Of a DNA stretch of 64,000 bases, positions 61,332 to 64,000 are shown piece by piece. Each line of letters starts with the position of its first letter. Positions within the stretch are counted from its first letter, which is position 1. The notes under the pieces are model-generated. The model made no database searches. It was not told the DNA's origin and saw only the letters and a list, made by a program, of their open reading frames with translations. The stretch comes from Clostridia bacterium (lineage in GTDB: Bacteria > Bacillota > Clostridia > Christensenellales > QALW01): positions 10,705 to 74,704 of the forward strand of contig JAFVVO010000005.1 of NCBI GenBank assembly GCA_017502165.1, given 5' to 3'. The translations under genes and the position numbers were made by a program.

Positions 61332-61925
61332 TTATTCCCACTTAGAATACACGCATCCGCAGTAGTTCTGGCGGTATAGGTCAAACTGTTTTGAAAGCTC
61401 TATAGAGCGTTTGTAGCCGTTTTTCTTCTTAAAATCGGCAGGCAGAAAGTTTATGCCGTATTTTTCGGCAATTTCGTAGCCTAACTGATTAAGAAGTTCA
61501 GCGTTTTTGTGGGGCGAAACGGTAAGGGTTGTAGTAAAAAACTCAAAGCCACTTTCTTTTGCGATTTGGGCGGTTTTTTCTAATCGTAGGCGGAAACACT
61601 TTTCGCAACGGGCGCCCCCCTCTTTTTCTTCTTCTAACCCGTTTGCTACTTCAAAAAATTCGTTGGGATTATAATCTGTAACAAGCAGTTTTACGGGGTT
61701 TTGGGTTTGCAGGCTTTTAAGCAGTTTTTCCTGATTTTGAAGGCGCAAATTAAACTCCTCGGCAGGCTGAATATTGGGGTTATACCAAAGGACCGTTACT
61801 GAAAAATGCTTTGATAACACCTCAAGACAGTGACTGCTGCAGGGTCCGCAGCAGGAATGCAACAGTAACGTCGGTACGTGGTCTAATTTTGAAATTATAT
61901 TTTCTTGCTCAAGCTGAAAATTCAT
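61332..61925 (-). CDS. queH: epoxyqueuosine reductase QueH (DUF208)
   Basis: 197 aa with LLHSCCGPCS and C-terminal YCGCVYS Cys motifs characteristic of QueH. Confidence 0.85.
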   Translation of the reverse strand: MNFQLEQENIISKLDHVPTLLLHSCCGPCSSHCLEVLSKHFSVTVLWYNPNIQPAEEFNLRLQNQEKLLKSLQTQNPVKLLVTDYNPNEFFEVANGLEEEKEGGARCEKCFRLRLEKTAQIAKESGFEFFTTTLTVSPHKNAELLNQLGYEIAEKYGINFLPADFKKKNGYKRSIELSKQFDLYRQNYCGCVYSKWE

Positions 61926-61971
61926 TTTATCTCCAAACGCAAAAAAGGTGTTTGCACACCTTTTTATTTTT

Positions 61972-62463
61972 TTAGAACTCTATTCCCTTTAATTTACCAA
62001 ATAATTGCATATCGTCAAAATTCTTCTGCCGAAGTGCCTCGTAAAGCACGATGGCTACGCTATTGCAAAGATTAAGGGATCGAGCGCCGTCTACCATAGG
62101 AATACGAATGCAGGTTTCAAGATTTTCCTTTAATAAGTCTTCAGGAAGACCTTTTGTTTCCTTGCCGAAAACTATAAAGCTACCGTCGGGCATAGGCATA
62201 TCGGAATAAACGCGTCCGCCCTTGGTGGTAGCGTAGAAAAACTGCCTGTCTGCAAACTTTTGGCGTACTTCATCAAAGGAATCGTAATAGCTGATGTCGA
62301 GCAAATTCCAGTAATCAAGTCCTGCCCGCTTAAGATTTTTATCGTCAAGTGAAAATCCTAAGGGACGCACAAGGTGAAGCGCAGTTCCGCTTGCGGCGCA
62401 AGTTCTTGCGATGTTGCCCGTGTTATATGGAATTTCAGGCTCTACCAAAACAATATTAAGCAT
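61972..62463 (-). CDS. trmL: tRNA (cytidine/uridine(34)-2'-O)-methyltransferase, SpoU/TrmL type
   Basis: 163 aa beginning MLNIVLVEPEIPYNTGNIARTCAA, with LNLCNSVAIVLYEA (SPOUT knot). Confidence 0.88.
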   Translation of the reverse strand: MLNIVLVEPEIPYNTGNIARTCAASGTALHLVRPLGFSLDDKNLKRAGLDYWNLLDISYYDSFDEVRQKFADRQFFYATTKGGRVYSDMPMPDGSFIVFGKETKGLPEDLLKENLETCIRIPMVDGARSLNLCNSVAIVLYEALRQKNFDDMQLFGKLKGIEF

Positions 62464-63640
62464 TTAAGTTCTCCAGGAATTTCTTTATTCTTGCCATAGC
62501 TTCATTTATATTTTTAAGTGAGGAAGCGTAGCTGCAACGGACAAAGCCTTCACCGCTTGGGCCGAATGCCGTGCCGGGCACAACTGCAACGTGCTGTTCT
62601 TTAAGTAATCTTTGAGCAAATTCCTCGCTTGTCAGCCCCGTGCTTTTAATGCAAGGGAAGATATAGAATGCGCCCTTAGGCTCAAAGCTTGCAAGGCCCA
62701 TATCGTTAAGACTGCGGTATATAACACGGCGACGCATATTATAATCGTCGTGCATATGCTCAATATCGGCATAATTATCCTCAAAGCCCTTGTTTAAGGC
62801 TTCAAGTGCCGCCGCCTGACTCATGGTTGAAGCGCACATAATAACGTACTGATGAATTTTAAGCATTTCCTTGGCAACCTCGTCCGGAGCGCAAACGAAG
62901 CCGAGACGCCAACCCGTCATAGCAAATGCCTTGGAGAAGCCGTTAATAACGATTGTTCTTTCTTTCATACCATCAACAGATGCGATAGAAACGTGCTTTT
63001 GACCGTAGGTAAGCTCGGCGTAGATTTCATCGGAAATAACTACTAAATCGTGCTTGATTATTACTTTTGCAACCTCTTCGAGATGGCTTTTTCCCATTAT
63101 TGCGCCAGTGGGGTTATTGGGGTAAGGCATAATAATTGCCTTGGTTTTAGGCGTTATTGCCTTTTCGATTTCTTCGGCAGTTATTCTGAAATCGTTTTCC
63201 GCTTTTGTTGGCACCGGAACGGATACACCGTTAACAAGGGTAACGTTTGGCATATATGAAACGTAGCTGGGGTCGGGAATAATTACCTCGTCACCCGGCT
63301 CGATAATGGCGCGCAAGGCAAGGTCAATAGCTTCGGATGCACCAACAGTTACGATAATCTGATTTAAGGCGTACTCTAAATCAAATCTTTTTTTCATATA
63401 TTTTGAGATGGCTTCGCGAAGCTTAGGTGCGCCTGCATTTGAGGTGTATGCCGTTTCACCGCTTCGGATTGATTCAATGGCCGATTCGCGAATGTGCCAG
63501 GGCGTAACGAAGTCAGGCTCGCCAACGCCTAAGGATATAGCGTCGGGCATAGTCTGTACGATGTCGAAGAATTTTCTGATTCCCGACGGCGGAATTGCCT
63601 CTACCCTTTTTGAAAGTTTGTTTTCCCAATTAAAGCTCAC
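62456..63640 (-). CDS. class I/II pyridoxal-phosphate aminotransferase (AlaT/AspC-like)
   Basis: 394 aa with PNNPTG and SKAFAMTGWRLG (PLP Lys). It follows an Lrp/AsnC regulator, as in the B. subtilis alaR-alaT pair. Confidence 0.85.
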   Translation of the reverse strand: MSFNWENKLSKRVEAIPPSGIRKFFDIVQTMPDAISLGVGEPDFVTPWHIRESAIESIRSGETAYTSNAGAPKLREAISKYMKKRFDLEYALNQIIVTVGASEAIDLALRAIIEPGDEVIIPDPSYVSYMPNVTLVNGVSVPVPTKAENDFRITAEEIEKAITPKTKAIIMPYPNNPTGAIMGKSHLEEVAKVIIKHDLVVISDEIYAELTYGQKHVSIASVDGMKERTIVINGFSKAFAMTGWRLGFVCAPDEVAKEMLKIHQYVIMCASTMSQAAALEALNKGFEDNYADIEHMHDDYNMRRRVIYRSLNDMGLASFEPKGAFYIFPCIKSTGLTSEEFAQRLLKEQHVAVVPGTAFGPSGEGFVRCSYASSLKNINEAMARIKKFLENLNA

Positions 63641-64000
63641 GGTGACACCGCCTGACGTTTATCCTCATCTTGCGCGGTAAACACGTTACCGTCCTGCTTA
63701 TAGCGTTTAAGAATAAAGTGTGTTGCACAGCTTAAAACGTTATCAAGCACGGAGAGCTTATCAGAAACGAAGGAGCCTACCTGACGGATATTTTCTCCTT
63801 CAACAATAAGCATAAGGTCATAAGCACCGCTCATAAGATAGCAGGATTTTACCTCGGGGAAAGAATAAATCATTCTTGCAATGGCATCAAAGCCTCTGTC
63901 CCTTTGAGGAGTGATTTTTACCTCAATTAAGGCGCTTACCTTATCATCGTTGACTGCTTCGGTGTTAATAACTGCACCGTAGCCCATAATAATGCCGTCA
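63637..64000 (-). CDS. Lrp/AsnC-family transcriptional regulator (partial; N-terminal HTH lies beyond the window end)
   Basis: The frame stays open to position 64000 (..DGIIMGYGAVIN...). The RAM/AsnC_trans_reg domain is present (ALIEVKITPQ...VKSCYLMSGAYDLMLIVEG). It overlaps the aminotransferase start by 4 nt. Confidence 0.8.
   Translation of the reverse strand, partial: DGIIMGYGAVINTEAVNDDKVSALIEVKITPQRDRGFDAIARMIYSFPEVKSCYLMSGAYDLMLIVEGENIRQVGSFVSDKLSVLDNVLSCATHFILKRYKQDGNVFTAQDEDKRQAVSP

Overview
Firmicutes/Clostridia-type chromosomal segment that is almost entirely core metabolism, with about 55 of about 62 genes on the minus strand. In minus-strand transcription order it contains: an Lrp/AsnC regulator (partial), an aminotransferase, trmL, queH, a small AT-rich accessory patch, dinB, sporulation genes (ytfI/ytfJ-like, dacB-like), rluB, a 4-gene Na+-translocating oxaloacetate-decarboxylase operon, cmk, plsC, an ispH-S1 fusion, a pyrimidine operon (pyrC-carB-pyrK-pyrD-pyrF-pyrE-pyrB-pyrI, no carA), a ZTP-riboswitch-controlled purine operon (purE-purF-purM-purN-purO(split)-purH-purD-purL-fhs), fbp, rfbCBD, mrp, birA, a tRNA/accessory patch, ung and ftsK (partial). 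Plus-strand genes are tRNA-Gly and tRNA-Lys, an amidase, a Cys-rich protein, yitT, a Trp T-box with trpB, and a MATE transporter. I saw no transposase, integrase, CRISPR array or recognisable defence genes. The most unusual signal is non-coding: two families of GC-rich structured intergenic modules next to the tRNA genes (4286-4482, 5363-5540, 9627-9809, 9904-10038). Each is a string of different mini-hairpins joined by a conserved short linker whose orientation flips halfway through. Each starts right after an intrinsic terminator, and three of the four end in the -35 box of a consensus promoter. Other points worth a second look: a PurF-like enzyme without the N-terminal Cys nucleophile, carB without carA, a split IMP cyclohydrolase, a hypothetical gene bracketed by 32-bp inverted repeats, an unclassified terminator-containing leader before the MATE gene, and an orphan promoter/SD/7-codon ORF/terminator unit. 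All calls come from reading the sequence and translations by eye. No searches or folding programs were run.
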